64,000 bases of DNA from Mobula hypostoma (lineage: Eukaryota): the NCBI RefSeq assembly GCF_963921235.1, contig NC_086097.1:16182001-16246000 (forward strand). Direction: 5' to 3'. Made by a program: the position numbers and the translations under genes. Below, piece after piece: positions 49,300 through 61,826 of the stretch. Below the pieces are notes generated by a model. The model was not told where the DNA came from, did not search any database, and worked only from the letters and a program-made list of their open reading frames with translations. Each line of letters starts with the position of its first letter. The stretch's first letter is position 1.

Positions 49300-50680
49300 C
49301 CTGTGCTGATCAACTGGCTGGAATGTTAACTGAGATCTTTAACCTCTCACTTCGGGGCCTGAGATACCCACCTGCTTCAAGCAGGCTTCATTTAAACTGG
49401 TGCCTAGGAAAAATGTGGTGACCTGCCTCATTACTATCATCCAGTAACCTTTACATCCACAGTGATGAAGTGTTTTGAAACATATCAACTCCTGTCTGAG
49501 AAGTGACTTGGATCTGCTCCAATTTGCCTACCAGCACAACAGGCCATCTCATTGGCATTTTTGCTCAACCCTGGGACATCTGGACAGCAAAGATGTAAAC
49601 ATCAGGGTGCCCTTGATCGACCACAACTCGAGACTCAATACCATCATCCCCTCGATACTAATCAATAAGTTTCAAGACTTTGACCTCAATACCTCCCTGT
49701 GCAATTGGACTCTTGATTCTCTCACTTGCAGACCCCAGTCAGTTTGGATTGGCAACAATATCTCCTTCACAAACTCCATCAGCACAGGTGCACTACAAAG
49801 CTCTGTGCTTAGCTCCCTGCTCTACTCACTTTACACTTATTCCTATGCACAGCTCCAGTGCCATATTCAAGTTTGCTGAAGATACCAATGTCATAGGTGG
49901 AATCAAAGGTGGTGATGAATCAGCATATAGGATGGAGCTTGAAAATCTGGCAGAGTTGTACCACAACAACCACCTTTTACTCAATGTTAGCAAGACCAAG
50001 GACCTGATTATTGACCAGGAGAAGAAAACTAGAGCTTCACGAGCCAGCCCTCATCAGAGGTGGAGAGGATCAGCAGCTTTAAACTCCTCGGTGTTTCAGA
50101 GGACCTGTCCTGGGCCTAGCATGTAAATACAATTACAAAGAAAGCATGGCAGTGCCTCTGCTTTCCTACAGACAAACGTCTGTAGATGTGTGGGTGAGAG
50201 TACATTGACTGGCTGCATCACAGCCTGGTATGGACACACCAATCTCTTGAATGGAACATCCCCATAGTGGATATGGCCCAGTCCATCAAGCCCTCCCCAC
50301 TGTTGAACACATCTACAAGGAGTGTTACCAAAGGAAAGTAGCATCCATCATCATGGAGCCTCCCCACCACCCCGGTCATGTTTTCTCTCTGCTGTCATCA
50401 AGAAGATGATACAGGAGCATCAGGACTCACACCACCAGGCTCTTGAACCAAAGGAAATAACTTCACTCAGCTTCATTTGCCCCACCAATAAAATGTTTCC
50501 ACAACCTATGGGCTCACTTTCAAGGACTCCATGTCATGTTCTCAATATCTATTGTTTGTTTATTTATTGTAATTTTTTTTTTCTCTTTTGTATTTGCACA
50601 GTGTGTTGTCTTTTTGCACACTGGTTAAACACCCAAGCTGGTGAGGTCTTTCATTGATTCTTTTACAGTTATTATTAACT
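49300..50680 (+). mobile_element. Degenerate Rex1-like LINE
   Basis: LDLLQFAYQHNR, LCNWTLDSLTCRPQSV, FKFAEDT, LLNVSKTKDLIID. Confidence 0.8.
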
Positions 50681-50696
50681 GTATAATATGAATATC

Positions 50697-51290
50697 TGGA
50701 GAAGATGGCAGCGCGCCTGCGCGTGCACAGCTCTCCGGTGAAAAATTATATCATACCTGTTAAATAGAGGCCGTGGACGATTCTGATTTGATGGAGAATG
50801 GACGTGAAAGCACAGAGGAACATCTGGAGAAATTTCTGAAATGCCTGTCCGCTGCTGTCGTTACTGTGTGGTCGGGAATCTTTCGGAGGGTAGGCCTCAA
50901 AATCTCCGGCCTTGCCTGCTTTTGGCGACCGAGAAGGAGGTCGAATCGTTCGGACAGAGATGGTGCTCAGTACTCGGTGTCAGAGAGCTGATCAGAACTC
51001 GAAGTTTTCGGATGACTCAGAGTTGGATTGTCGTCGGCATGGCAGGGAGAGTTTTTCTTCCTTCTCCCGTCGAGAAACTTTGAACTTTACTGTGCTCACG
51101 GACTTCTTCAAGTTATGGTACTGTTACACTGTTTGTAACTATATGTTATAATTATGTGGTTTTGTCAGTTTTTTCAGTCTTGATTTGTCCTCTGTTTTGT
51201 GATATCACACCAGAGGAAAAAATGTATCATTTCTTAATGCATGCATTACTAAATGACAATAAAAGAGGACTACGTGTCTTCATAATCATA
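50697..51290 (+). mobile_element. Non-autonomous LINE-derived retroelement, CpG-rich and young-looking
   Basis: Starts gagaagatggcagcgcgcc and ends aataaaagaggactacgtgtcttcataatc; no meaningful ORF. Confidence 0.55.
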
Positions 51291-51802
51291 TGTGTATTAA
51301 CCATATATTACGAATAATACGGTTATTATTCTATGGATTTGAGTATGCCTGCAAGATCGTATACAATGAAATATGTACTTGGACAATAAACTTACTTTAA
51401 CTTATTTGTCTTATTTATGAATTGCAAATTATTCATTGCTGTTTAGTGTACTGGTCAACGCTTAACATGCTTAAGTAATCAATGGGAAGCAGTGAAAGCT
51501 CTGAGTAAGTATGTGTAAGACAAGGTTGGATAGAGTTTTGCATAGTAGGGGAATTAAGGGTTATGGGGAAAAGGCAAATAGGTGGAGATGAGTCCATGGC
51601 CAGATCAGCCATGATCTTATTGAGTGGCGGAGCAGGGTCAACAGGTCAGATGGCCTACTCCTGCTCCTATTTCTTATGTTATTATGTTCTTATAGGGAGA
51701 GAATACTGATGAGGTCTTGTCCATCTCTGACTGCTTGTTTAACAATTTACCAATGGGTCGTGTCTGTGCTGAAGACTTACATCATTTTTCTCCTCTTTGT
51801 AG

Positions 51803-51935
51803 AGCCTGCCTAAATGTAGCCTGATAAATCGTGAGCGGCAGACAATAATACCACAGGGCGTTCCATTCATGGTTCGACTCCTGCAGTATTACGTCAGTGA
51901 TGATGCAGTCTTTCTTCATCTGGAACACGTACCTG
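51803..51935 (+). CDS. RPS6KL1: RPS6KL1 coding exon 5 (kinase N-lobe)
   Basis: ctttgtag|[44 protein letters not shown](G)|gtaagg; phase 0 to 1. Confidence 0.93.
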
Positions 51936-52782
51936 GTAAGGTACTCCTGAAGAGCTTTGTAGCAAGGGAACCATGGTGAAATGAAGTTTATGGACTTACA
52001 TTAAGTGAACCTAAAATATTTTGAGTGGAAAATACAAAAAGATTGGGAAGAGTTTAGAAGTTGCTAACACAGAGGGTGGTTCTTTGGCCCCCATTTTGGC
52101 ATTTACTTAGTTCTTGGGTGCAGCTAATGTGGAAAGGAGTAATTATCTGATGCTGTTTTCTCATGTTCATGAGCATTGGCTACAGAAATGCTTCTGAGAA
52201 TAAAACCTTGGACTTGGATAAAAGGGGAATGATTCCTGAAACTGTGTTATATGGATGTAATAACACAGCTGTACTTGGCTTTGCATTCAACTCCCCAATC
52301 CACCTTCGTGTATAGACAACAAATAAAATGTCATCATATCCATTTACTATAGTTTATTTTTGAGGAATCTGAATTTAGATTTTGAGCCAAAGTATGCATA
52401 AGACAACATGCAACTATTTCAGAACTAAAAGGCAGTTCCCATAGGCTAATCAGTGTTTATTTTAATAAAGTCATAATTTTCCATACCTTTGATAAGAATG
52501 ATCTAATTTACACTCCTTGAGAATGAATTGCTCCTTTATGTAATTCCTTTCATAAGCTTCAAATGGCCCAAACAAAGCACAGACCTAAGATTTTTTTTTT
52601 AATGTAGAAAATGCAACAGCCAATTTGGATACAACATGATCTAGAAAACAGAAATCTGAATCTGTTTTTAGCAATGTTATATGTGGAATGAAATGTTACT
52701 GGGGAAACACTCTTCAAAGTACATTTAATTATCAAAGTATGTAAACCGTGCACATCCTTGAGATTTGTCTTCTTTCAGGCAG

Positions 52783-53060
52783 CTGGGGTGGCACTGTAGA
52801 GTAGTGCTTGGCAGAATGCTTTACAGTGCAGGCGTCCCAGGGTTCAATGCCCGACACTGCCTATAAGGATTTTGTACGTTCACCCCGTGACTGCATGGGT
52901 TTCCTCTGAGAGCTCCCGTTTCGTCCCACAGCCCAAAGGTGTACCATTTGGTAGGTTAGTTAGTCATTGTGAACTGTTGCGTGATTAAGCTAGGGTTACA
53001 TCAGTGGGTTGCTGTGTGGCACAGCTCGAAGGGCTCATTCTACGCTGTATCTCAATAAAA
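52783..53060 (+). mobile_element. V-SINE-like element
   Basis: tRNA-like head (gggttcaatgccc) plus core tgcatgggtttcctctgagagctcccgtttcgtcccacagcccaaag; ends aataaaa. Confidence 0.65.
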
Positions 53061-53439
53061 CAGAAACACAATAGAACACATAAAAAAACAACATAGCAGA
53101 CTCCTATCAAACACCCAGTATGCAAAAAAAATCATGCAAACAATTTTATAAAGTAAACAAATAAACACGACATTAACTCCAGAGTCCCCAGACCTGAGTC
53201 CTCAGCCACAGAGCCTGCTCAGCATGGAACCACACATCTTGAGAATAGAACCAGAAAACCTGAGCAGTGACATCTACTTGGCTTAATGATGGTCAGTGCA
53301 GCACTTCCTCATTACATTTTCACCTTTAATTTTCATCCTTTTGCGTTCTTTATTGTTGTATTTGCATTGTGGTGTAGCTGCAAGTTCGCCTATGTCTAAT
53401 GTAGCATGTGGTCTCATTGTTTCCCTCCCCTGCCTCCAG

Positions 53440-54948
53440 GTGGGAAACTCTGGTCTCAGCTGCATCATTACCGGCCAGCCGTCACGGGAAAAGGGATGGA
53501 ATTCCCGGAATGCTCTAGTCCGCATCACAAGACCATTAAACTAAAGAACAGCTACACTGCACCCTCTCTTGCACTAACATGTAACGATGCTTCCACGCTT
53601 GCACCAGTCAGCAAGGGGTGCCGGCAAAGAGAAGACAAGAATAAAGTGTGCAAAGAGTTCACCAGGGAGCACAGTTACAACACTGATAGATTCGGAAACA
53701 CACAGACAAGGACAGATCTGGGTGTAAGTGACAAGCCACCTTGTCACATGAATGGTGCAAATCAACAAAATGCACAGAATGAGTGTGCAAACAGGACAAG
53801 GACTTGGCAGGGAAATAACAAAGCTTCAAAAACTAGCCCACCACTGATTGGCTTGAAGCAAAGTCCTGAGAGGATAAGTTTGCAGGCTGCAAATGTGGAA
53901 TACAGTGCTGGTGTAACCTTTGACCTTGCATTCCTTTCAGAAGAGGGCAGAGACTTAACTCAAAGTTGTAAAATTATGAATCACATTATGAGCAGCAGTG
54001 TGGACAGTTTGATGCAAAAAGACCTGCGGCATGGAAAGATTCAGCTTCACTCACAGGGTGAAGTCTTACACTCCCCTGATCATTTTTCAAAGACCAAAGA
54101 CTCCAATAAGTCACCAAGCCCAAAGTCATCAAGAACTTACCAAAACCAAGCCACTCCAGATTTGTTGAAAGGAAAGTTCTCATTGGTTAATGAGAAATCC
54201 CAACATGGATCTAGCCCAATTAGAAGTCCTGTTAGAGCCACCAATTTGAATTTGAAGGCTGGCACAAGGCAAGGAAGGAGGGGTTCCTACCAAATAACAA
54301 TCAATCCTCTGGATACAATCGATAGTAAAGTTAGTAGTGTTATGGATAGCTCCAACCTGGTCATTATAGGGTCGTCAGCTGTCTTGCCTGCAAGGAATAC
54401 AACTGTCACTGTCTTGGAGAAAGGACAGTCAGAGCAGAAGACTTCAGTCAGTGTACTCAGCTCTGTACAACAAAGTAATGGGCATCTGTCATCACTAAGT
54501 GTAATTGAATCACCATTAAAATTATTATCATTGAAAGACAAAACACCTGAAGAAATGTTGAACGACAAAGATAAGAGTTCTGCAAATCTAGATTATCAAC
54601 TTAAACTTCCAGACCAGTTTCTGGTCTCTGAAACCTGCTGTGATCATGAGGATCACAGTTCCAGAATAGTTGCAGGCAAAAGCACATTTTGCAGAGTTGA
54701 CAGTGCAAGATCCTTGAATAGGACATCAGATTCCTCAGCTCCCTCCAAAACAGAAGGCCATTTCTTAGCCCCTCCACCAATCCATCCAAATGCCGAACAG
54801 TCCATCTCAAGCCAGGTTTTCTCAGGCCTGTCAGAGGATCAGATCAGAATCTGGGTGGCCGAGATAGTTCTTGCCTTAGAGAGTCTACATCAACAAGGAA
54901 TTGTCTGTCAGGATCTAAACCCTAGAAATATACTTGTGGATAATGCAG
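53440..54948 (+). CDS. RPS6KL1: RPS6KL1 coding exon 6 (large kinase insert plus catalytic loop)
   Basis: cctccag|(G)GKLWSQL...EDQIRIWVAEIVLALESLHQQGIVCQDLNPRNILVDNA|gtgagt; 1509 nt open, phase 1 to 1; lies inside ORF 53406-55043. Confidence 0.93.
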
Positions 54949-55075
54949 GTGAGTTCAGAGAAAAATGCATAGAGGATTTTAAAATGGTATTTCCTGGTTG
55001 TTGCTTCTGTTATACAGCAATGAAGTGCTGTTCAAATTCATAGACTAGAACTTCTAATTCTGTTTTATTTTACAG

Positions 55076-55165
55076 GCCACATTTGCCTCACCTATTTTGG
55101 CCAGTGGAGTGAAGTTGAAGTTCAATGTAACACAAGAGCCATAGAGGACATGTACTGTGCACCAG
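55076..55165 (+). CDS. RPS6KL1: RPS6KL1 coding exon 7
   Basis: ttttacag|(G)[29 protein letters not shown](E)|gtaatg; 90 nt. Confidence 0.93.
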
Positions 55166-55384
55166 GTAATGGGGTTTGACAGTACAAGACTGAACCTGGG
55201 TGGTGTATAAGCTTTCGTGGTGAAGCATTAGGATGTTCTGCCATCTTAATAGTTGTTAATTAATTCACTAATAATTGCAATACATTTATCATGGGGCACT
55301 GACATCAAAGGTTCTTGAATTTTCATCGGACCAAGTTTGGCAGATATGAGCACTGTGAAAATTAAATTCGTGCACCTTCACTCT

Positions 55385-55574
55385 TAAACTCTTCTTGGGC
55401 TTCAAGCCTGCTATGAATTATAACCGATGTTTCGATGACAAACTCGGCCACCTTATTCAAAGGTGAAGATGGCAGAGTTTGTCATCGAAATGTCAGTTAT
55501 AATCGATACCTGTGCCTGGTTTGAAGCCCGAGAAGAGTTTATTCGTCCTACTCGCCAGGAAAGCACCAGATCCT
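55385..55574. mobile_element. Second Penelope-type terminal repeat family, inverted pair
   Basis: Arms taaactcttcttgggcttcaa..tttcgatgacaaactc / gagtttgtcatcgaaa..ttgaagcccgagaagagttta; ends cgccaggaaagcaccagatcct, resembling Penelope 3' ends. Confidence 0.6.
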
Positions 55575-55687
55575 TTTTCACCTTTGCTCCTGTTTATTAT
55601 GTGATTGCTAGTGACAGATACCATAGTGAATCCATACCACTTAGTGAGTGACTTGGTTAAAAGACTTGCCAGTGTTTTCACGACAAA

Positions 55688-58650
55688 CCATAAGATATAG
55701 CAGCAGAATTCCGCCATCTGGCCAATCGAGTCTGCTCCGCCATTCAATCATGACTAATCCTTTTTTTCTGTCTCCTCCTCACCCCCAGTTCTTGGCCTTC
55801 TCCCAGTAACATTTGATGCCATGTCCAATCAAGAACCTGTCAAACTCTGCCTTAAATACACCCAATAACCTGGCCTTCACAGCTGCATGTGGCAACAGAT
55901 TCCACAAATTCACCACCCTTTGGCTAAAGAAATTTCTCCGTATCTCTGTTTTGAAAGGGCACCCCTCTATCCTGAGGCTGTGTCCTCTTGTCCTAGACTC
56001 TCCCACCATGGGAAACGTCCTTTCCACATCTACTCTGCCTAGACCTTTCAGCTTTCAAAAGGTTTCAATGAGATCCGCCCCCATCCTTCTTAATTCCAGC
56101 GAGTGCAGACCCAGAGCCATCAAACGTTTCTCGTATGATAACCCTTTCATTCCTGGAATCATCCTTGTGTACCTCCTCTGGACCCTCTCCAATGCCAGCA
56201 CATCTTTTCTAAGACAAGGGGCCCAAAGATGTTCACAATACTCAAGGCCTCACCAGTGCCCTGTAAAGCATCAGCATCACATCCTTGCTCTTGTGTTCTA
56301 GACCTCTTGAAATGGATGCTCTCGTGGTATTTGCCGTCCTCACTACTGGCTCAACCTACAAGTTAACCTTTAGGGTGTTCTGTACAAGGACTCCGAAGTC
56401 CCTCTGAATCTCAGATTCCTGGATTTTCTTCCCGTTTAGAAAATAGTCCACACATTTATTTCTACTACTAAAGTGCATGACCATGCATTTTCCAACATTG
56501 TATTTCATTTGCCACTTTCTTGCCCATTCTCCTAATCTGTCTAAGTTCTTCTGTATCCTACCTGTTTCCTCAGCCCCTCCACCAGTCTTCATATCATCTG
56601 CAAACTTGGCAACAAAGCCATCTCTTCCATCATCTAAATCATTTATATACAGCATAAAGAGAAATGGTTCCAACACCAACCCATGCAGAACACCTCTAGT
56701 CATTTGCAGCCAACCAAAAAAGGATCCTTTTATTCTGACTCATTGCCTCCAACCAATCAGCCAATGCTCTAACCCTGTTAGTAACTTTCCTGTAATACCA
56801 TGGGCTCTTAACTTGGTAAGCAGCCTCATGTGGCATCTTGTCAAAGGCCTTCTGAAAGTCCAGATATACAACATGCACTGCATCTCCTTTATCTATCCTA
56901 CTTGCAATCTCCTCAAAGAATTCCAGCAGGTTCCAGGCAGGATTTTCGCTGAAGGAAACCATGCTGACTTTGTCCTATCTTTTCCTGTGTCACCAAGTAC
57001 TCCATCACCTCATCCTTAACAATTGACTCCAACATCTCCCCAACCACTGAGGTCAGCTAACTGGTCTATAATTTCCTTTCTGCTGCCCTCCTCCTCTCTT
57101 AAAGAGTAGAGTGACATTTGCAATGTTCCAGTCCTCTGGCACAATGCCAGAGTCCAATGATTTTTTGAGATAATTTCTAATGCCACCCCAATCTCTATAA
57201 TGTTATCTCTTTCAGAACCCTAGTGTGCAGTTCCTCTGGTCCAGGTGACGTGTGTACCTTTAGGTCTTTCGCTTTTTGAGCACCTTCTCTCTTCCTTCAC
57301 ACACTACAACATCAGCATACTGCTAGTGTCTTCCACAGTGAAGAGTGATGCAAAATACTCATTTAGTTCAACAGCCATCCCCTTGTCAACCGATATTATT
57401 TCTCCTGCCTCATTTTCTAGCGGTTCTATATCCACTCTCATTTCTCTTTTATTTTTAACATACTGGAAAAAAACTGTTACTATCCACTTTGATATTATTT
57501 GCTAGCTTGCTTTCATACTTCCTCTTTTCCCTTCTAATGGTTTTTTTAGTCGCTCTCTGTAGGTTTTTAAAAACTTCCCAATCCTGTATCTTCCCACTAA
57601 TTTTTTGCTTTGTTGTATGCCCTTTCTTTTGCTTTTACAATAGCTTTGACTTCCCTTGTCAGCCATGGTTGTGCTATTTTACCATCTGAGTATTTCTTCA
57701 CTTTTGGACTACACATTTCCTGCACCTTTCTCATTTTTCCCAGAAACACATGCCATTGCTACTCTGCTGACATCCCTGCCAGCAGCTGCTTCCAATTTAC
57801 TTTGACCATCTCCTGTCTCATACCATTGCAAAATCCCTTACTCCACTGAAATTTTACTAAATCAGACTTTACTTTCTCCCTATCAGATTTCAAGTTGAAC
57901 ACAATCATATTGTGATCACTGGTTCCCAAGGATATTTTTTACCTTCAGCTTCCTAATTGCCTCTGATTCATTACATAACACCCAATCCAGTATAGCTGAT
58001 CCCCTAGTAGGCTCAATGACAAACTGCTCTAAAGAGCTATCTCTAAGGTATTTAACAAACTCACTCTCTTGAGATCCATTACCAACCTGATTTCCCAATT
58101 GACCTGCATGTTAAAATCTCCTGTGACTACCATAATATTGCCCTTCTGACTATTTCCCGTTGTAACCTGTGGTACACCTCCCAGCCACTGTTGGGAGGCC
58201 TGTATGTAACTGCCATCAATATCCTTTTATCCTTGCAGTTTCTTAACTCAACCCACAAGGATTCAACATCTTCCAATCCTTTGTCACATCTTTTTACTGA
58301 TTTGATGCCATTCTTTACCAGTAGTGCCACACCACCCCCTCTGCCTACCTTCCTATCCCTCTGATATAACGTGTAACCTTGGACATTCAGCTACCAACTC
58401 CAAACATCCTTCAGCCACGATTCAGTGATGGTCACAACATCATACCTGGCAATCTGTAATGCTGTAACAAGATCATCCACCTTATTTCTTATACTATGTG
58501 CATTTAGATACAACACCTTGAGTACTGTATTTGCTGTCCTTTCTGAGTCTATATCCCTAATGATTTGATACTCAGCCTGTTGGCTGCAACTAAGTCCCAT
58601 CACTTGCCTGCCCTTCCTGACAATCTGACTGCACGCTATCTTTACTCTTT
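55688..58650 (-). mobile_element. CR1 LINE ORF2 (APE plus RT), degenerate and internally deleted
   Basis: LKVLYLNAHSIRNK..ITESWL, YRPPNS, EPTRGSAILD, YLDFQKAFDK, KFADD, LWNLLP. Confidence 0.9.
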
Positions 58651-60559
58651 TTTTTTACCAAACTGCCTGACATGAAGACAAGTAGGCAGGAAAACTGGAG
58701 AATTTGCATTGAGATTCCTAATTTACTTGCAACAAATGTGGAGAGAGAAATTTTTGCTATAGATTCTGACTGGTGTCCATTTATTGGAAGCTAAGAGAAT
58801 GAATCGTGATGTTTGACTAAATCACACTTCTCTGGGCAATTTCCATTGATAAAATACTTCAGGGGTATTGTTTTAATATTACTGTAATATTTCAAGAGGA
58901 ACTACAGGTTACGCGAAATTGACCTTCAGATCTAATGTAGGTAAACATCTGTACAGAATCATACTTGGTGGTTCATTCACTTGGTACTAAATTCCACTGC
59001 CTGATCCTTTCCCATGGCGCTATATATGAAACTGTAACTAAACATTAAAATTGTCAGTATACAGGTGAATCCACTGATGTACATTCATACACATGCAAAA
59101 GTAAGCAAGAAACTTGAGGTAATAAAATGTCAGATATTACAGTTTCAATTTCATCACCGATTCTTTGATCAGGACTTTGAACTTAGATCATTAGTCTAAA
59201 ATCCAGGCTGCTGTTCAGTGCTATATGCAGTAAGTGCTGCATTTGTTTTGGATAAAGTGTTAAACCATGGCTGTATTCAGATGAACCTGGAAAATTCCAT
59301 GGCATGATATGAAATGAGACAAGAATGGCTCTACCATATCTTCTGAAATTGATTTGGAGGGGGAAAACAAATCATCAACTTGTGCACCATCTTACTCTGG
59401 GATTCCTGGGCTTAATTACTTTTGAAGTGGCGTGTCTGACAAACATTACACTCACTAAGATCCACCAAAGTAAACTAAATATGATTTTAATCTTGAAGAT
59501 TTAATTCAGATGCCAGAAGGTTTCTCTAAAGCTTTTCAAGTAGTGCCATGACATCTCTTAAATCCATTTGAAAGTACTGATTATCAGCTTGCTACCTTCA
59601 TTTTCAGACTCTAGGTAGGCCCCTCTTCCCTGTAAGGAGAGTGTGGTAACGTTAGAAATAGATATGCAGCTAAAAGCATCCGATAATTATTGCATTTTGG
59701 ATCAAGGAGTTGGCTCCAAAATAAACAAATTCTCCAAGTGGACAAGTGAAAATAAGATCTGAAGCCCCTTTTTACTGGGCATTTCTAGAAACATGGCTCA
59801 ATAGCCCCTCGCTAACAGCCACTGGACTCAACAGTGAGAAAACCACCTTTCTCAGACTCTGTACATCTTGGGTCAGTATGACTTGGGTCCCACCAAAACC
59901 AGGAAGTTGGTATGTTTCACCCACCCAAACCCCAGTCTGTGTGAATACTGTGTAAACATTGCCACTATGCAATTGGCCATCGGCAAGAAATAACAGATCA
60001 TACACTGCATACAATTATAAAGTAGGTATATTCAGAAGTGTCAGCTTTATCAAACAGTAGGGGGAAAAAAGGCCCATTACAGTTAACCTAGTCCAAATGT
60101 GCATACAATCTTGAAGTTGTCTTTAACTCACACACTGGACCCTCGGTCTGTGTGAAAGCACACACTGCCTTAAGAATGTCACTCGAAATCCATCTCGAAT
60201 AAATGGGCTCCCCCACTAGAGTATTGGTCCTTGCTCCTTGAAGCCATTCATCTACACAAAGCACCTGTGTAACAGGGACATTATCCTCAGCCATCTTCCC
60301 TCCTGTCTTCTCTCATATTCCGCCAAAATGACCTCAACCCACACTAGTGTCCGTCACAAAAACCTCTCCGCTGGGTGTTCTCTAGAACCTCTCCCAATCC
60401 CACCATCCCAATTGAATGACACTACATTCCTAAGTATGAACATCACAACCCTGTATCTTTAACTCAGACTGCTCTTACAGAACTGCTAAAGTGAAATACC
60501 TATAGCATAGCAGTAAAAACCAGGGCATTACAGATCTTTTTTATTTCAGCAGTATATAT

Positions 60560-60682
60560 CAAGGATAGAAATTCCAGCAGAGCACTTGTATTCACTGAGC
60601 CAGCCTGGATTATGGGCAGCAAGGATAGAAATTCCAGCAGAGCATTTGTGTTCACTGAGCCAGCCTGGATTATGGGCAACAA
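60560..60682. repeat. Two-copy 60-bp tandem repeat, possibly in a degenerate L1/Tx1-like 5' region (~59700-60700, minus strand)
   Basis: caaggatagaaattccagcagagcacttgtattcactgagccagcctggattatgggcag repeated twice with few mismatches. Confidence 0.8.
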
Positions 60683-61743
60683 GCTGCTTGAACCAATGAA
60701 TTTTCTGATTTGCTGAAGACATAGACAGGAAGTCAGTTGGGAGTTTAAACGAATGAGGTTGGTTAATTGGCAGAAAGTGAAGAATACTCAAAGGATTAAT
60801 GTCCGGATTTGGAAATGGTAAAGAATATGGGAATTCAATGAGGTTCTCCGAAGTACAGAGCTAAATCGACTATTAAGTATTAAGAGCACAGCAAACAGAA
60901 GTGAATTTGCTGTACGATAATGTCAGTGGAGACAAAGGTGAATCAATCAAACTGAAGCATGGTGGGGGAAATGGTTGAAGTCTTGGGAAACTAAACATTT
61001 GGAGTGCCCGGCAAAAGGCAAACTCCACCACTCTCACAGGTTCAATTTGAGATAAGCAAATCCTTAGATCTGTAAAATAAAAGTCAACATTTTAAAAAAA
61101 ACGAAGTCAACAAAGATCAGACTGTTGAATTTGATCAGCAAATTACAATGAAGCAAATTGAAGGATGTTTTGTTTGCTAGTCTCTAAGGAGACTGCATCT
61201 TGAATACTTTGTTCCGTTTTGGACTCTTAAGAAATGGGGCTGTTTGATACGGGAGGTAGTGTAGAGGTCAGTTGTGAGGCTGTTCCTTCATCATTCAGTT
61301 ACTGAGTGAATGGTACAATTGGTAGAAGAATAAAACATACTTGATCTCGGAGCAAGACAAGGCAATACAGACATGAAAAGTACTATATCTATTTTGCTAA
61401 TCCTGCCAAGTACAAACGTATTTCCAGCATCTTTTGTTTTTGTTCAACACAGATTCAAACTAGTTGGTTAATTTTGGACGTCTTAAATCTCAGTGATCCA
61501 AAATTATAACAGACCTCAAAACAGAGAGTTGAAGATAAAATGTCAGACTCTTAAGGACGTAGCAGTGGGAAAGTGCAAGATTTGATAGTCAACATCCTAA
61601 TTAGATAGCGGACTATATTCTTCCCAGCCAAGTATTCTGTCCAGTGAAGATAAGCTGAAAGAAGAATTCTCCAAAAACTAAAATTGTAATATAGCTTTCT
61701 TTTGCTCTATGATTCTAATTTCTAAACAATTTGATTTTGACAG

Positions 61744-61826
61744 AAGTCGGTGGGGTTGGAGAAGTAACAGAAGCCTGTGACTGGTGGAGCCTTGGCGCAT
61801 TGTTATTCGAGCTTCTAACTGGGATG
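61744..61826 (+). CDS. RPS6KL1: RPS6KL1 coding exon 8; gene continues beyond the window
   Basis: tttgacag|(E)[27 protein letters not shown]|gtaagg; kinase subdomain IX; phase 1 to 0. Confidence 0.93.

Noticed and set aside
53406..55043. Stand-alone 545-aa gene
   Set aside because: It is an internal RPS6KL1 exon bounded by canonical splice sites at 53440 and 54948; the ORF ends are intronic read-through.
37785..61826. Assignment as RPS6KC1 or SNX15
   Set aside because: No PX-domain exons were found, an in-frame stop precedes the ATG, and motifs such as [28 protein letters not shown] and [11 protein letters not shown] match RPS6KL1.
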